DNA of 64,000 bases from an uncultured virus (IMG/VR IMGVR_UViG_2061766007_000671) (IMGVR_UViG_2061766007_000671), one strand, 5' to 3'. Positions 14,839 through 25,061 are shown, numbered from the stretch's first letter. A program made the numbers and translations. The notes: generated from the sequence alone by a model not told the origin.

Positions 14839-16095
14839 TCACTTTTTCGGCACTTCTGAAATTTTCCCCATACCGTTCCCCATGCGATTTTCGTTGTTCA
14901 AAATGCCGACAGCCCGAATTGCGTCCGTTTTTCCGGTGTCCACATAGATGTTCGCAGTAGTGGTAATGTCTGCGTGACCCATCAAATACTTTGTCACTTC
15001 AATAGGAACTTCGGCCCGCTGCATATCTGTTCCAAAGGTATGGCGCAGGCAGTAGGTGACAATATCGGGAGACAGCTTATGCCCATTGCGCGGCTTCTTC
15101 GGATCATCAGGATCTGGGTATAACGGCGTACCGTCATACTTCAAATCGGACGGATCGTAGATATGTCCTCGCTTGTCGTGCTCCGCGCCCATCTCCAAAT
15201 CCCAGGTCCGGGAGAACGACGCCCAATAGGATTTGAACGCCTGCCGCGTGAGCATACCCCCATCTTTCTTTGCAAAGAGAAATGCTGACTTGTCTTTCAC
15301 TGAAACGTAATTCAGCAAGTCAGTCACTATAGCGTGGTCTTCCCTGTCGTTGATTACAGTATAGCGAATGCCGGACGCAGTTTTCGGCGTACTAATCTCC
15401 CTCGATCCTGTTTCCACTGCCTGCGTGATGTGGACGAGTTTCTGCTCAAGGTCAAGGTCTGCAACGCATACGGCTGCAAGTTCATTGGGTCTTATACCGG
15501 TGGCCATGAGAAATCGGAAAAGAAGACCGTGAGGATTTCTCTTTGCTGCCTTGAAGAATCCATCCTTTTCTTCTTCGGAAAGAGAACGCCTAGAGCCTTT
15601 CGCCGCCGCTGGAAGCGACAGACCCGCTGATGGATCATAAGTAATGATACGGTCTATACACGCCTGCCCGAACATCTTTTTGATTGTTATGTTCAACTTC
15701 GTCACCTGAGAAAAGGACATATCCTTATTTCCATTCAAAATCGCCTGAAGGTGAGTCGGAAGAACTTCCCTCATACGCAGCGTTCCGACCGCAGGAACAA
15801 TGTAATTACGGACGAGCTGCTCGTAGGATTTATAGGTAGCTTCATTCATCGTGCCGCGCAGCTTCGGCTCACCCGGCTTGCGTACCCTTGGTTTGTTGTA
15901 GGTTTCAAGCCATGTGTTCGCCCAGTTGCGTACCGTCATGTCTGCGCCGATGCCGATGTCGCCGCGCTTGGCGGCATCTACCTTCTCTACGAGTTTTCGT
16001 CGAGCCTCTGCCCTGGTCTTGCCCCAGCCCTCGTATTGCTTCCCGTTATATACTTCCGTCTCGCGGACGTATTGGTATTTCTTTTCCTTTTTCAT
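14839..16095 (-). CDS. int: tyrosine integrase
   Basis: TGIRPNE, PKT, YCLRHTF, LMGH, TANIY catalytic motifs. Confidence 0.95.
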   Translation of the reverse strand: MKKEKKYQYVRETEVYNGKQYEGWGKTRAEARRKLVEKVDAAKRGDIGIGADMTVRNWANTWLETYNKPRVRKPGEPKLRGTMNEATYKSYEQLVRNYIVPAVGTLRMREVLPTHLQAILNGNKDMSFSQVTKLNITIKKMFGQACIDRIITYDPSAGLSLPAAAKGSRRSLSEEEKDGFFKAAKRNPHGLLFRFLMATGIRPNELAAVCVADLDLEQKLVHITQAVETGSREISTPKTASGIRYTVINDREDHAIVTDLLNYVSVKDKSAFLFAKKDGGMLTRQAFKSYWASFSRTWDLEMGAEHDKRGHIYDPSDLKYDGTPLYPDPDDPKKPRNGHKLSPDIVTYCLRHTFGTDMQRAEVPIEVTKYLMGHADITTTANIYVDTGKTDAIRAVGILNNENRMGNGMGKISEVPKK

Positions 16096-16156
16096 TTTTG
16101 AATAATAGTATCGTTTGACGATATAATGTAAATCATAAAGTTGACTTTGGATTTAC

Positions 16157-16393
16157 CTAAATATCTTCAATGTCGGCAATAGGCTTATTGTTATAGAAGT
16201 CATCATCTTTAATGTGATTGACTTCATGGCAATAAGTCTTTTTTGCTTTCTGCATCTGACACATCAACCGTCTGTCCATAAGGATCGAGAATGTACCATC
16301 ATCGTTTGGCGTTACACACCCTCCGTCTGTTCCGCTGTCATCGGGGAACGGCACCCAGTATACGAAATAATCTGCGCCGGGAATGTAGGTCAA
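16157..16393 (-). CDS. short ImmA/IrrE-like metallopeptidase (antirepressor)
   Basis: HEVNH (HExxH) between repressor and integrase. Confidence 0.7.
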   Translation of the reverse strand: MTYIPGADYFVYWVPFPDDSGTDGGCVTPNDDGTFSILMDRRLMCQMQKAKKTYCHEVNHIKDDDFYNNKPIADIEDI

Positions 16394-16779
16394 TCCTTAT
16401 CGCCTCCAGTAATATCAGCCAGCCAGTCCGCAAATCGCAGAACCTGGGCTTCTGTCATGTTCTTCGTGGCAGACAGCAACGCCCTACGCCCAGGTTGGTT
16501 GCGCAACGCCTCAAGCGCTTCGGCTAATGCGTCTTCAGATGTCGTAACTTTAGAAACAACGTCTGGTTCGGTTTTGTTGCTTTCCGCCTTTTCGTACCCT
16601 AATAGTTCACCAATTGTCACACCAAAATGGTCTGCCAGCCTCGCCATTGTCGTTCCCCTTGGCATTGCACCTTTTGACCATCTGGTTACGGCTGATTTGT
16701 CCACCCCAATACTTCTCGCTACAGATGATGGCGTCTGCCCACTTGCATTGCAAAGTCTGATAAATTCGTCATAAAACAT
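16390..16779 (-). CDS. XRE-family HTH immunity repressor
   Basis: VARSIGVDKSAVTRW...LADHFGVTIGELLG. Confidence 0.9.
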   Translation of the reverse strand: MFYDEFIRLCNASGQTPSSVARSIGVDKSAVTRWSKGAMPRGTTMARLADHFGVTIGELLGYEKAESNKTEPDVVSKVTTSEDALAEALEALRNQPGRRALLSATKNMTEAQVLRFADWLADITGGDKD

Positions 16780-16839
16780 AAATAATCCCCCTTGGTTTTG
16801 TACACAACGCTGAAGTTGATTTTAACACACCTTAAAGGG

Positions 16840-16868
16840 TTGACTTTTTCGCACCGTTATGTTAGATT
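16840..16868 (+). promoter_or_regulatory. rightward lytic promoter candidate
   Basis: TTGACT-17-TAGATT in the divergent repressor/cro spacer. Confidence 0.55.
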
Positions 16869-17044
16869 AAGCTCGTAAGTTTTGAAAAGCGCAACAAAAA
16901 ACCAAGCCCCGGTAGATGCTACCCGTGCGATGTACAAATGATTTGTCTGGCGACATCATAATAACACACATAGGTAACAAATGCAACACCCAAAAGTGGG
17001 GAGTGGTGATTTTTGCGACACAAAATCAAGGAAGGAGGGAGGAT

Positions 17045-17248
17045 ATGCCGCCGGAAGAGTTGAAAAAGGCGGTCAAGCATCGGCTGATTGACCTGGGCAT
17101 GACGCAGAGACAGCTCTGCAAAGAGATCACGGCTCGGACTGGGAGATACTGCGACAATGCGTCCATCAAGAGAGTATTGGACGGAACGACTAAGCGGTCG
17201 CCAATCCGCAAAGCCATCTGCGAGATCCTCGGTCTACCCGAAGAATAA
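17045..17248 (+). CDS. Cro-like HTH regulator
   Basis: LIDLGMTQRQL...ICEILGL; divergent from the repressor; GGAGG RBS. Confidence 0.8.
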   Translation: MPPEELKKAVKHRLIDLGMTQRQLCKEITARTGRYCDNASIKRVLDGTTKRSPIRKAICEILGLPEE

Positions 17249-17256
17249 CACCACCA

Positions 17257-18222
17257 ATGTCCGTTAAGACGGACTACGAAGAAAGGAGAAGTCCGTTGGA
17301 CATTATCGTTGACCCGAGGTTCCGGGATAAGATTCCGAAACCGAGCGAAGAAGAGCGCCGCCGACTGGAAGAGAACATCCTCGCCGATGGTCTGGTTAGA
17401 GAACCGCTCGTACTCTGGAAAGGGACGAACATTCTGGTGGATGGCCACAACCGATGGGACATCATCCAGAAGCACCCGGAAATCCCCTACTCCACAATTG
17501 AGCGGGAGTTCGACAACGAGTGGGACGTGATTGCCTGGATATGCCGGAATCAACTCGGACGCCGGAACATCAGCAAGGTCGTGTACGACGAACTGATTGG
17601 CGCAGAACACGATGCCATCCAAATGTCAAACGGTGGTGATCGCAAGTCGGCTGACTTTCTTGCCCAAAAATCAGTTGGAGAAAACCTCCAACTGAAAAAA
17701 ACGGAAACGAGAAAGTTTGTTGCCGAGGAGCACGGCATCACGGAGGGGGCTGTCAAGTCCGCCGTTGAATTTCATCGCGGCCTGGATGCCGCCGATGAGG
17801 TAGTCCCCGGTTTCAAGGATGAAATCCTATCCGGCAACACTCCGGCAAAAAAATCAGAAATTGCCAAGATGCGAAAGATGGAGCCGGAGCAGATTGCGGA
17901 GAAGGTCGAAGAGATCCGAAATCCCAAAAAGGTAACATTCCCATCAAACCCAAGAGGAAGCCGTGCTAAGAAACCTACCGAAGAAGAACTCGCCATTGAG
18001 GAAGCGGACAAACGCACAACCAATAAGAGCGCCGTTGTCGAGTACAGCATCGACGATCTGCTGGAAGAACTGCGAAATATGCACGATGAGTTCTTTGACA
18101 AATATCTGTTCGCTCTCGACATTCACCGGGATGTCGCAACGGATCATAGAGGAAAGACTCTCGCCTGCCTCAAAGAATTTGAAACCAGATGGAAAAATGA
18201 AGTGAAGGAGATATTCAAATGA
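17257..18222 (+). CDS. ParB/Srx N-terminal domain protein with HTH
   Basis: LEENILADGLVREPL...LVDGHNR...NQLGRRN. Confidence 0.8.
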   Translation: MSVKTDYEERRSPLDIIVDPRFRDKIPKPSEEERRRLEENILADGLVREPLVLWKGTNILVDGHNRWDIIQKHPEIPYSTIEREFDNEWDVIAWICRNQLGRRNISKVVYDELIGAEHDAIQMSNGGDRKSADFLAQKSVGENLQLKKTETRKFVAEEHGITEGAVKSAVEFHRGLDAADEVVPGFKDEILSGNTPAKKSEIAKMRKMEPEQIAEKVEEIRNPKKVTFPSNPRGSRAKKPTEEELAIEEADKRTTNKSAVVEYSIDDLLEELRNMHDEFFDKYLFALDIHRDVATDHRGKTLACLKEFETRWKNEVKEIFK

Positions 18223-18995
18223 AAGACGCCCGCGCATTCAGAACTGAGAACAAGAAAATCAACACGAAGTTCCTGTTCGTTGACGAACTCTATCAGCGCA
18301 CCATCGACAGCCACCGGGTCAAGAAGATGGCCGAGGAGTATGACCCCAATCTGGTCAACCCCATCAAGGTCAGCTTCCGCGACGGAAAGTACTGGATTAT
18401 TGACGGCCACCACACCGAGCGGATGCTCATCCTGCGGAACGGCAATCAGGATTTGCCTGTTGACTGCAAGGTCTTCTACGGCATGACCTGGCTGGACGAG
18501 GTCAACCTCTTCCTCGCGCAGAACGGCACACTCGCCAGAGCGGTGAATATCAACGACAAGCTCCGCGCCAAGATGAACGCCGGTGACCCGGATGTCAGCA
18601 ACATGGTCAAGGGCGCTGCCAGAGTCGGTTTCGTGATTGACTTCAAGGGTAGCAAGGGTGACAACAAAATCGTTGCGCTGTCCACGCTGATGAAAGCCTA
18701 CGCCGCCCTCACGCCGGAAGAGTACTCCGAATACCTGACTCTCATCAAGAAAACCTGGGGTGGCGCTTCCGACAGCCTCTCCCGCGAAATCCTTCAGGGG
18801 ACGTTCATCTTCTACAAGACCTACAAGGGGCAGTTCAAGAATCAGAACTTCATCAACCGCCTCAAGAAGGTTTCCCCCTACGCCATCATCCGGGACGGCA
18901 GGGCATCCAATGCCCCCGGTGCTTCCAAGTATGCCCGCCAGATTCTCGGACACTACAACTACAACGCCAAAGACCGTCTGCCCGACCTTCTGTGA
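18219..18995 (+). CDS. ParB-like protein (DUF6551-type)
   Basis: YQR...NPIKVSFRDGKYWIIDGHHT. Confidence 0.75.
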   Translation: MKDARAFRTENKKINTKFLFVDELYQRTIDSHRVKKMAEEYDPNLVNPIKVSFRDGKYWIIDGHHTERMLILRNGNQDLPVDCKVFYGMTWLDEVNLFLAQNGTLARAVNINDKLRAKMNAGDPDVSNMVKGAARVGFVIDFKGSKGDNKIVALSTLMKAYAALTPEEYSEYLTLIKKTWGGASDSLSREILQGTFIFYKTYKGQFKNQNFINRLKKVSPYAIIRDGRASNAPGASKYARQILGHYNYNAKDRLPDLL

Positions 18996-19005
18996 GGTTG
19001 GGCAG

Positions 19006-19236
19006 ATGAAACCGAAGCCGCCCTGCTGGACAGACGGAGTTGATTGTCAAAACCGTCGAGTCGGCTGTCAGATAAGTTGCGAAAAGTATAAAGCGTTTCG
19101 CGCAGAAATAGACAGGATCAACGCCCAAAGGCTCAAAGAGTTAACTGGCTTTGAGTATGCAAATGAGGCAATCTGGAGAAAGCGCCAGATAAACAAACAT
19201 ACGGAATCTGGGAGACGGGCTTTGTCCCAAAAGTAA
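19006..19236 (+). CDS. small Cys-rich hypothetical protein
   Basis: PPC...DCQNRRVGCQISCEKY. Confidence 0.6.
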   Translation: MKPKPPCWTDGVDCQNRRVGCQISCEKYKAFRAEIDRINAQRLKELTGFEYANEAIWRKRQINKHTESGRRALSQK

Positions 19237-19240
19237 AACG

Positions 19241-19480
19241 ATGCCGAGAGTTTCACTTAATCAAACATCGGTCCGGGAACGGCAGAGAATCCTGTACGAA
19301 CGCTACGGCGGGTTTATGTCCGTAGCTAACCTTATGAAAGAACTGGGCGTGAGCCGCAACACCGCACTGAAGTTTGCGGCTACGCTTCCCTCCCACTCCC
19401 CGACCGGAGTCAAGCGCTACGATATTCTGGACGTAGCAAGAAAACTGGAAGAAACGCTGAAACCGCCGGAGGTGAAATGA
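19241..19480 (+). CDS. small HTH protein, excisionase-like
   Basis: LMKELGVSRNTA...RYDILDV. Confidence 0.55.
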   Translation: MPRVSLNQTSVRERQRILYERYGGFMSVANLMKELGVSRNTALKFAATLPSHSPTGVKRYDILDVARKLEETLKPPEVK

Positions 19481-19740
19481 TGTCATTCAGCAATCCCCAA
19501 ATGATTCTCAGTCATCTTGGCAACGCCGTAAAGCCATGGAATAGTTCAGAGGCCAGGGACGTGCAGCGCATAGGAACGTATGAGCGCGTAAAGACCGTTG
19601 ATCAGGCAGAGATAGACGCTTGTCTTGAATGCCCTTTTCCTTCCTGCGACGGCAACTTTAGAAAATGCCGGTCCTATCGTGCTCATGCGGAGGCGGAAGC
19701 CAGGAGGAAGAATGCTTCAGTACGAACATCACGACATTAG
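19477..19740 (+). CDS. hypothetical protein
   Basis: GGAGG RBS; CLECPFPSC. Confidence 0.55.
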   Translation: MMSFSNPQMILSHLGNAVKPWNSSEARDVQRIGTYERVKTVDQAEIDACLECPFPSCDGNFRKCRSYRAHAEAEARRKNASVRTSRH

Positions 19741-20350
19741 AGAAGACTGGCTTGCCAACCGGAACGGTCATATCGGAGCGTCCGAAGCGGGAGCGATCCT
19801 CGGCGTGGGATTCCAGAGCAAGATAGACCTCTGGAAAATCAAGACCGGGCGGATGACTCCCAAGGATCTGTCTGACAACGCCGCCGTAGCCTACGGCAAC
19901 CGGGCAGAAGATGCCCTGCGGCAGCTTTTCATGGCAAAGCACCCGGAACTGTCGCTCACCTACCGCCCATTCGACTTTGTATATCAATCGGAGCGTCCGT
20001 GGCTTTGCGCCACGTTGGACGGCGAACTTACGGATATCCAATCAGATGTGAAGGGAATCTTGGAAATCAAGACGACAACGTGTCTGAGCCGAGCCGACTG
20101 GGAAAAGTGGAACGGACGAGTCCCCGACGGATATCTGGCACAGCTCTCGCACCAGTTCCTTGCTACCGGGTTCGACTTCGCCTATCTGTTCGCCGAACTC
20201 AACGGAGCAAACGGCAACTCGGAAATCCGAAGCTACTACTTCGACGCCGAGAATATGCGGGAGAACATGGAATACCTTCTCAATGAAGAAGAACGGTTTT
20301 GGGAGTGCGTCGTTGCGGATCGAATGCCGCCTGTCCCTCTCAGGATATAG
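19712..20350 (+). CDS. YqaJ-like viral recombinase exonuclease
   Basis: WLANR..IGASE, ATLDG, LEIKT, YLAQ. Confidence 0.9.
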   Translation: MLQYEHHDIREDWLANRNGHIGASEAGAILGVGFQSKIDLWKIKTGRMTPKDLSDNAAVAYGNRAEDALRQLFMAKHPELSLTYRPFDFVYQSERPWLCATLDGELTDIQSDVKGILEIKTTTCLSRADWEKWNGRVPDGYLAQLSHQFLATGFDFAYLFAELNGANGNSEIRSYYFDAENMRENMEYLLNEEERFWECVVADRMPPVPLRI

Positions 20351-20359
20351 GAGAAAAGA

Positions 20360-20593
20360 ATGGAAGAATACTATGGTGGGAAGCTGTATTACGCCACGGA
20401 CGATGATATTGCGAAACTTCTCAATGGATTTAATCTGGATGAGGTTTGCAAATTTCATAAAGAAAAGGGTGGCGTAGTCTGCGACCAGAAACGCCGCACA
20501 GATGCAGACTGCGAACGCTGTGGATGGAATCCACGGGTCGCCCGCAGGCGGCTGAGAAAAATAAAAGAGCAGAGGGGGCAGAACATTGAGTGA
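20360..20593 (+). CDS. small Cys-rich hypothetical protein
   Basis: CERCGWNP; AGGAG RBS. Confidence 0.6.
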   Translation: MEEYYGGKLYYATDDDIAKLLNGFNLDEVCKFHKEKGGVVCDQKRRTDADCERCGWNPRVARRRLRKIKEQRGQNIE

Positions 20594-21470
20594 GATGCAG
20601 TTTGAGGTAATCACTGACCTCACCCCGGTAGTCAGCACAGAGATCCAGACCAACTTCGAGGCGGTCAAGGCGTGGCTCACGGAAGAGCTTGCCCCCTACG
20701 CCACGATGGTGGTCACGACGGACACCGTGGCAGACGCCAAAAAGACCAGAGCGAACATCCGAAAAGTCGGTGACAGTATCGACTCCCAGCGCAAGGCCAT
20801 CAAAAAGGAGTGGATGAAACCCTACGAGGAATACGAGGCCAAGTGCAAGGAACTGACCGGCATCGTTTCCGAGGCTGTCACGAACATCGACAAGCAAATC
20901 AAGGAGATGGAGAACGCAGAGAAACAAGCCAAGCGACAGCGGCTTGAGTCGTTCTTCAACATCAACAGCGACGACATCCGCGACTACCTTTCCTTCAACG
21001 ATGTCTTCGACTCCAAGTGGCTCAACGCTACCTATGTCGAAACCGACGCCGCCAACATCATCACGGCCAAGATTGAGGAAACCAGGGAGAGCCTTGCGGC
21101 CATCCGCTCCATGAACAGCCCTTACGAAGCAGCCATGCTCCGGGAGTACAGCAAGAGCCACAACCTTGCCTACGCACTCGGAGAGGGCAAGCATCTGGAG
21201 AATCTCCAGAAAGCCGAGGAAGAGCGCAGGAAGCGTGAAGAGGAAGCCAAGGCAGTTACTCCCGCCGAGCCGGAAACGCCGACAGAGAGCGCTGTGGAAT
21301 CGCCCATGCCCATTCAGCCGTCGGTTCGTCCCATTGGTGCAGACCCTGTTCCAACGGAGAAAACTTTCTCCTACGACTTCATCTGCACGAACATGACACG
21401 GGCGCAGTGCTATGCGCTCAAAGAGTGTCTGGAAGCCAACGGCATCACCTACAAAGTCAAAAAAATCTGA
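20586..21470 (+). CDS. DUF1351-like coiled-coil protein
   Basis: AKKTRA...RKAIKKEWMKPY...KWLN; position between exonuclease and annealase. Confidence 0.75.
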   Translation: MSEMQFEVITDLTPVVSTEIQTNFEAVKAWLTEELAPYATMVVTTDTVADAKKTRANIRKVGDSIDSQRKAIKKEWMKPYEEYEAKCKELTGIVSEAVTNIDKQIKEMENAEKQAKRQRLESFFNINSDDIRDYLSFNDVFDSKWLNATYVETDAANIITAKIEETRESLAAIRSMNSPYEAAMLREYSKSHNLAYALGEGKHLENLQKAEEERRKREEEAKAVTPAEPETPTESAVESPMPIQPSVRPIGADPVPTEKTFSYDFICTNMTRAQCYALKECLEANGITYKVKKI

Positions 21471-21483
21471 CAGGAGGATTCAA

Positions 21484-22251
21484 ATGAAAGCAGCATCTAC
21501 TGCGGCGCGTCCCGCCGCTACCAAGCAGACCCTTGCCCCCGTGCAGAAGAATCAGATGGTGGACAAGCCCATCAAGTACCAGGCGGGCGGCAAGGACGTG
21601 GAACTCAGCATCGCCCTCACCCAGGCGTACTTCTGCCCGCAGGCATCCCCCGCCGAGGCGTTCGTCTTCAACTCGTGGTGCGCCCACAACGGACTCGATC
21701 CGTGGAAGCGGGAAGCCTACCTCGTCAAGTACGGCAACAACCCGGCGCAGATGCTCACCGCAAAGGACGCTTTCACGAAGAGAGCGGAGTCCAACCCCAG
21801 GTATCAGGGTCAGCGGGCTGGCGTCGTGGTTATCAACCGTGAGGGGCAGATCGAGAACCGCCTTGGCGAACTCGTCCTTGAGGGCGAGGAGCTGGTCGGC
21901 GGATGGGCAGATGTGTTCGTCAAAGACTATGTCCACCCTATCAGCGCCGTCGTGGGATTCCGGGAGCGGTGCCAGTACCGTGACGGAAAGCCGCAGGCCA
22001 AGTGGGCGACCAGTCCCGGTCTGATGATTCGCAAGTGCGCCCTTGTCGCCGCCCTGCGCGAGGCGTTCCCCAGTGATGTCGGCGGGATGTATGTCCCCGA
22101 CGAGATGGGATACGAGGAAGATGATTCCGCAAAAGCGCCCATCGAACCCACGCAGTATCAGGACGTGGCCTACACCGACATGAACACCGGCGAGGTCATT
22201 GAGCCTGACGATGCGGGAGACGAGCCGAGTATCTTCGATACGGAGGGCTGA
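21484..22251 (+). CDS. RecT/Bet-family single-strand annealing protein
   Basis: GLDPWKREAYLVKY...LVGGWA...KW...MIRKCALVAALREAFP. Confidence 0.9.
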   Translation: MKAASTAARPAATKQTLAPVQKNQMVDKPIKYQAGGKDVELSIALTQAYFCPQASPAEAFVFNSWCAHNGLDPWKREAYLVKYGNNPAQMLTAKDAFTKRAESNPRYQGQRAGVVVINREGQIENRLGELVLEGEELVGGWADVFVKDYVHPISAVVGFRERCQYRDGKPQAKWATSPGLMIRKCALVAALREAFPSDVGGMYVPDEMGYEEDDSAKAPIEPTQYQDVAYTDMNTGEVIEPDDAGDEPSIFDTEG

Positions 22252-22253
22252 CG

Positions 22254-22769
22254 ATGACTTTCCAAGACGGAAACAAAATCATCGCCGTTGGCCGAGTGAC
22301 CAGAGAGGCAAAGATCCGTAATACGAGAACAGGCAAACCAGTTGCTACGTTCGCCATGCATGTAGGATACCACCACAACGAGGACGGAAAGGCTGTCGCC
22401 GACTACATGGATGTTTCTATGTGGGAGGAGGACGCCAAGTATGCCGGAGATGAGAACGTCGGCATCGCCAAGGATGATATCGTTCTCGTGGTGGGATACC
22501 TTGTCCGTGACAAGTACAAAGAGGAGAAATCCAACGACGGCGAAAAATACTACAAGATCAACGCCGACATTTTGTACGACATGACATCAAGCTTTCAGGT
22601 GGCACAGATGGTAGTTGAAGCCGGGTTTTCTCCCGACGTTCCCGCCGAAGCGGAAGATACTCCGAGAACCCCAAAGAAGCAGAGCGTCTTTGCGGATGTT
22701 GACGATTCGGATGATGACAATCCGTTTATGCCAAAGGAAGTCGAGGAAGAAAACGACCTCCCATACTGA
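22254..22769 (+). CDS. ssb: single-stranded DNA-binding protein
   Basis: GRVTRE OB-fold start; acidic tail ending DLPY. Confidence 0.85.
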   Translation: MTFQDGNKIIAVGRVTREAKIRNTRTGKPVATFAMHVGYHHNEDGKAVADYMDVSMWEEDAKYAGDENVGIAKDDIVLVVGYLVRDKYKEEKSNDGEKYYKINADILYDMTSSFQVAQMVVEAGFSPDVPAEAEDTPRTPKKQSVFADVDDSDDDNPFMPKEVEEENDLPY

Positions 22770-22834
22770 ATCTTAATGGGGGAGATGACCTCTCCCCCAC
22801 TCACCTTGAAAACAGAATACGAGGTCTCTTATAG

Positions 22835-23617
22835 ATGCCAAACAGAGTAATCAAAGAAAGCATTCGGACGAGCAAAAAGGTGAACGCATTGTCCGACTTT
22901 GAGTTCAGGCTTTGGTTGTATTTGATTACCTATGTGGATGATTACGGCAGAGGAAGTGCTGACCCGGAACTCATAAACAATCTTGTGTTTCCGAGGAGAA
23001 AAGGGATTACTGAGCAGCAGATTCAAAAGGCGCTTGACAGTTTAGCGAATACTGGCATGGTTGTTCTCTATACATACGACGAAGAACCGTTCCTTTATTT
23101 TCCGAACTGGGATCAACACCAGAGAATCCAGAGTAAGAAATCCAAATTCCCAGACCCACGAGATGGATTTATTCAACCGTCAGTCACGGTGAGTCACGGT
23201 GAAGAACCGCCTACGCGCACACGCGCGGAATCCAATCCAAGTACAATCCAAATACAATCCGAAGATAGCACGGAGCCGCAAGCGCCGTCCGTGCTCACGC
23301 TCACGCTCAACGATGGAAGCGAGTATCCGATATCCCAGTCTGACATAGACGAATGGCAAGCGGCGTTTCCAAACGTGAATGTCATGCAACAGCTAAAGGC
23401 AATGAAGCTGTGGTGCAAGGACAATGCCAAGAAGCGCAAGACAAAGAACGGAATCCGCCGCTTCGTTACGAACTGGTTGGATAGGGAACAAAACCGGGGC
23501 GGCTACAAGCCGAATGTTCCCCAACAGCCGACGCAGACATTGCGACCAAAGGAATGGAAACCCAGTGAGCCGACGCCGGAAGAGATGGAGAGAATCCGTC
23601 AGAACTGGGCTGAGTAG
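22835..23617 (+). CDS. phage replication initiator (replisome organizer type)
   Basis: MPNRVIKESI...DDYGR...NWDQHQ...FVTNWLDREQ; upstream of DnaB. Confidence 0.8.
   Translation: MPNRVIKESIRTSKKVNALSDFEFRLWLYLITYVDDYGRGSADPELINNLVFPRRKGITEQQIQKALDSLANTGMVVLYTYDEEPFLYFPNWDQHQRIQSKKSKFPDPRDGFIQPSVTVSHGEEPPTRTRAESNPSTIQIQSEDSTEPQAPSVLTLTLNDGSEYPISQSDIDEWQAAFPNVNVMQQLKAMKLWCKDNAKKRKTKNGIRRFVTNWLDREQNRGGYKPNVPQQPTQTLRPKEWKPSEPTPEEMERIRQNWAE
23182..23260. repeat. iteron-like repeats inside the initiator gene (probable origin)
   Basis: AGTCACGGTG x2 and AATCC x4. Confidence 0.5.
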
Positions 23618-23625
23618 GTGGACTT

Positions 23626-24975
23626 ATGAACGAAACAGATATCAGCCCCTTTGAGTGGTACGGCGCAGAGGAATCGGTAGCGTCATGCATCCTCTGCGCC
23701 CCCACAGAAACGCTTCCGCTGATCCGCCAGATCGTTCAGGCGGAAGACTTCGCCACCGAGCAGGCAAAGAATGTGTTCATGGCGGCCTGTCTTCTTGCGG
23801 ACAACAACAAGCCGATAGACCCTGTTACCATACTCGACCAGGCGAAAGAGTCCAATCTGGAACTCTCCGGCGACTGGGTGAGGGAAACCATGAAAGCCTA
23901 CCTGACGACGGCCAACGTGGAATACAACGCCGGGATCGTCAAAGAGAGCGCCATTACGCGCAAGGCGAGAGAAATCGGCTTTGCCCTTGAACACGATGAC
24001 ATAAAGCCGCAGGAAGCCATAGAGCAGCTACAGGACGCCGTATCTCACCGCGCTTCCATGCTCTCCACCCCGGTAGAGGACGCACACGCTTTCTTCGATT
24101 ACGTCAATGACGTTTCGTCCGGGAAGATAAAACCGTTCCTCTCCACCGGGCTTCCAAACCTTGACGATATCCTCGGCGGCGGACTTATCTCCGAAGGGCT
24201 TATCACCCTCGCCGGAAGACCGGGGCAGGGCAAGACGGTAGCCGGACTCGTCATTGCGGAGAATGTGGCCGCTACCGGGAAGCGGGTACTCTACGAGAGT
24301 CTGGAAATGTCCAAAGAACAGCTTTGGGCGCGTCGCGTTTCCAGACGGGCAAATGTCCCCTACAAGAAAATCATGGCGGGGACATTCGACCAGGACACAG
24401 ACCGGGACTGGAAAGCAATCATGTCGGCGATGGGCGAACTGTCCAGAAGAAATCTGATTATCAACTCAACCAACGCCAAGATGTCCGACATTGAGCGCCA
24501 TGTCCGTCAGGCGGGCAAGCTTGACCTGATCGTGATCGACCACCTTGGTCTTATCATCCCGGACAAGGTGACGGACAGCCTGTACCTGCCAACCACGATG
24601 GCAAGCCATGCGCTCAAGCGTCTGGCGAAATCCACGGGAACGCCGATCCTCATGCTCTGCCAGCTCAACCGAGCCAACACCCAACGGCAGGACAAGCGCG
24701 GGACACTCGCAGACCTGCGGAACTCCGGCGCTATCGAAGAAGACAGCGATGCCGTTATCTTCATCCACAGGGAAGCCTACTATCTTCCCCCGGAACAGCA
24801 GCCGAAATCGTGGGAGCCGCAGGTGATGGAGATGAACGTGGCGAAAAACAGGCACGGCGAAACGGGCGCTGTACTCATGGACTTCATGGGGATGTTCGCA
24901 AGCATCAGACCGCAGGACGGATACAGAGATTCGTTCTCAGAAATATCGGAAAATACGCCTTTTGAAAGGAGATAA
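23626..24975 (+). CDS. dnaB: replicative DnaB-like helicase
   Basis: AGRPGQGKT, SLEMS, VIDHL, QLNR, DLRNSGAIEEDSD, KNRHG. Confidence 0.95.
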   Translation: MNETDISPFEWYGAEESVASCILCAPTETLPLIRQIVQAEDFATEQAKNVFMAACLLADNNKPIDPVTILDQAKESNLELSGDWVRETMKAYLTTANVEYNAGIVKESAITRKAREIGFALEHDDIKPQEAIEQLQDAVSHRASMLSTPVEDAHAFFDYVNDVSSGKIKPFLSTGLPNLDDILGGGLISEGLITLAGRPGQGKTVAGLVIAENVAATGKRVLYESLEMSKEQLWARRVSRRANVPYKKIMAGTFDQDTDRDWKAIMSAMGELSRRNLIINSTNAKMSDIERHVRQAGKLDLIVIDHLGLIIPDKVTDSLYLPTTMASHALKRLAKSTGTPILMLCQLNRANTQRQDKRGTLADLRNSGAIEEDSDAVIFIHREAYYLPPEQQPKSWEPQVMEMNVAKNRHGETGAVLMDFMGMFASIRPQDGYRDSFSEISENTPFERR

Positions 24976-24977
24976 AT

Positions 24978-25061
24978 ATGAACGAGTGGGTTGCTTTCTG
25001 GGGAACAATGATTGTTCTCTCCGCATTAGTGTTCTGGCACGAATGGAGTAAAGATCATTGA
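24978..25061 (+). CDS. 27-aa membrane peptide
   Basis: AGGAG RBS; MNEWVAFWGTMIVLSALVFWHEWSKDH. Confidence 0.45.
   Translation: MNEWVAFWGTMIVLSALVFWHEWSKDH

Larger units (their letters stand above)
14557..14885. mobile_element. attP region with arm-type repeats
   Basis: TTYCCCAT pairs at 14557/14569, 14630/14641, 14864/14876 flanking the core; TTGACTATTT tandem repeats at 14656-14685 (Xis-site-like); next to integrase 3' end. Confidence 0.8.
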
